A DNA stretch of 33,056 nucleotides, from positions 1 through 33,056 of the forward strand of contig JAKAHO010000002.1 in assembly GCA_021814835.1 (NCBI GenBank), in the 5' to 3' direction. Position 1 is the first letter of the stretch. Each line of letters opens with the position of its first letter. Under the pieces are notes generated by a model. That model was not told the DNA's origin and made no database searches. It worked only from the letters and a program-made list of their open reading frames with translations. Source of the DNA: a bacterium (GTDB lineage: Bacteria > Patescibacteriota > Minisyncoccia > UBA6257 > GWB1-50-10). Shown one piece after another: positions 31,815 through 33,056 of the stretch. The translations under genes were made by a program, and so were the position numbers.

Positions 31815-33011
31815 TTATATGAGCGCCTCCTGCTTTCTCCAATTATATGCATAAAAAAATCCCGCAGTAGCGAGCGCGAGCAATAACGACACAAAAAATC
31901 CCGCCCTATAGGACAAATACGTAATCGCGATGCCGGTTGCGAATGGACCTACCGTTTGTCCGATATCCATAATGGCGGACAACGCCCCGAGCGATGCGCC
32001 AAGCTTGTCCTTCTCCGTCACCTCCGCGACATATGAGCTTGTGGCGACTGACGTGAATGAGAGTCCGAGCGCAAAAACAAGTCCGATAAGCGTCGCTGCG
32101 ATAACGCTCTCAAAATATCCGAGAATGCCGATAGCAACCCCAAGCGTGATAACGCCCGCCAAAACCAGCTTTCGTTTATCAACAACATCAGCCAGCTTTC
32201 CGAATAATGGCTGGGAAAGCGCAATTGAGAGAATTTGTACTGAAAAAATAAGCCCGATTTCCCGCGCGGGGATACCGAGATTGGTGAGATAAAGCGGTAA
32301 ATAGGTTTCAAGCGCGCCGTAGGCAAAGTAGGTCGCCATTTCAACCGATGCCGTCGAAAACAATTTCTTATTGGCGATAAAGTATTGCAAGTCTATGAGC
32401 AAATCTTTTGTCGCGAATCCTCCCGTCTGCGCTTCGTCTTGTATGAGAACAGTAAAAATAAATACGGGGATCGCGAGAACGAACGCCGCAATATACACAT
32501 ACGTATACTGCATAAGCGCCGCGCCGGCAGATGCAAAATAGGAAATGATAAACCCGCCAAGCATCGGTGCGAGCGCCCTGCCAACAAGCGTGGCCGACGA
32601 ATACAAACCAAGCTTCACTCCCTTCGTTGATTCATACGCTCTCACTATCATTGCAGCCGAGACGGGCCCCAATATTGCCGTCGCGATGCCGTGAAAGAAC
32701 CGTATCGGAATGAGCCACATCGGGGTGCTGACGGATAGATAGAGAAGCGGAGCAACAACGAATATAATCGCAGAGGCCAGCAAAAGCTTCTTCCTCCCGA
32801 TTTTGTCTGACATAAGACCAATAGGAAAACTAAAGAGTATTCCCGCCAAGGGCGAAAATGCGGAGATGAGCCCCACTATGAAGTCGCTTCCGCCGAGGGC
32901 GTGCACGTAGAGCGGAAGTACGGGGCTTTTTGAAATAGTGGTCGAAAATATCCCGAAAAAACCTATGAGTGATAGGTAATAAATCATTTTCGAACTGAAC
33001 GCGTTGCTCAT
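31815..33011 (-). CDS. Major facilitator superfamily transporter
   Basis: 398-aa ORF with about 12 hydrophobic segments. An MFS signature loop lies between TM2 and TM3 (GLMSDKIGRKKLLL). Confidence 0.9.
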   Translation of the reverse strand: MSNAFSSKMIYYLSLIGFFGIFSTTISKSPVLPLYVHALGGSDFIVGLISAFSPLAGILFSFPIGLMSDKIGRKKLLLASAIIFVVAPLLYLSVSTPMWLIPIRFFHGIATAILGPVSAAMIVRAYESTKGVKLGLYSSATLVGRALAPMLGGFIISYFASAGAALMQYTYVYIAAFVLAIPVFIFTVLIQDEAQTGGFATKDLLIDLQYFIANKKLFSTASVEMATYFAYGALETYLPLYLTNLGIPAREIGLIFSVQILSIALSQPLFGKLADVVDKRKLVLAGVITLGVAIGILGYFESVIAATLIGLVFALGLSFTSVATSSYVAEVTEKDKLGASLGALSAIMDIGQTVGPFATGIAITYLSYRAGFFVSLLLALATAGFFYAYNWRKQEALI

Positions 33012-33056
33012 TACCTACAGTTTAACAGAAAACCGCCTCAATCTATAAAACGAGAG

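Noticed and set aside
1-33056. tRNA, rRNA, tmRNA, CRISPR arrays, prophage or insertion-sequence genes.
   Set aside because: I saw no cloverleaf-like segments with T-loop (GGTTCGAATCC-like) motifs in the intergenic regions. I also saw no rRNA-like long non-coding stretches, no spaced repeat arrays, and no transposase, integrase or phage structural signatures in any ORF. This was a scan by eye, not an exhaustive search.

Overview
This is a compact bacterial chromosome segment of about 33 kb. About 40 protein genes are packed almost end to end, and all but one (17652..18650) lie on the minus strand. I recognised no rRNA, tRNA, CRISPR array, transposase or integrase.

The content mixes three groups:
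- Housekeeping genes: gpsA-like (partial), nth, hpf, uppS, typA, a UvrD-type helicase-nuclease, prs, a PRTase, a HAD hydrolase, a peroxiredoxin and cspA.
- Metal and redox homeostasis genes: a csoR-copA-HMA/TauE-cupredoxin operon, an ArsR-glutaredoxin pair next to a P2-type ATPase, and TspO.
- Many small secreted or membrane-anchored proteins, several of them cysteine-rich or internally repetitive.

The gene content and small protein sizes suggest an uncultivated small-genome bacterium (CPR/Patescibacteria-like). That is inference only.

The most interesting locus is a self-contained two-gene cassette at about 8.7-10.5 kb. A 43-aa ORF missed by the ORF track (10198..10329, strong Shine-Dalgarno) ends in ...GKGGPKCCYTSCTRCK. 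It is followed by a 10-bp GC hairpin and then a 451-aa radical SAM enzyme with a complete seven-Cys SPASM domain. The cassette closes with an intrinsic terminator. This looks like a SCIFF/ranthipeptide- or sactipeptide-like RiPP system sitting in a housekeeping neighbourhood.

Secondary observations:
- Two unusual Cys-rich secreted proteins.
- A roughly 85-bp direct repeat (a glutaredoxin 3' end plus its terminator) bracketing an orphan histidine kinase gene.
- Two unannotated micro-ORFs, each delimited by a terminator.
- A recurrent '-10 box 6-8 nt before ATG' arrangement that suggests leaderless mRNAs.
- A roughly 330-bp unexplained non-coding gap.
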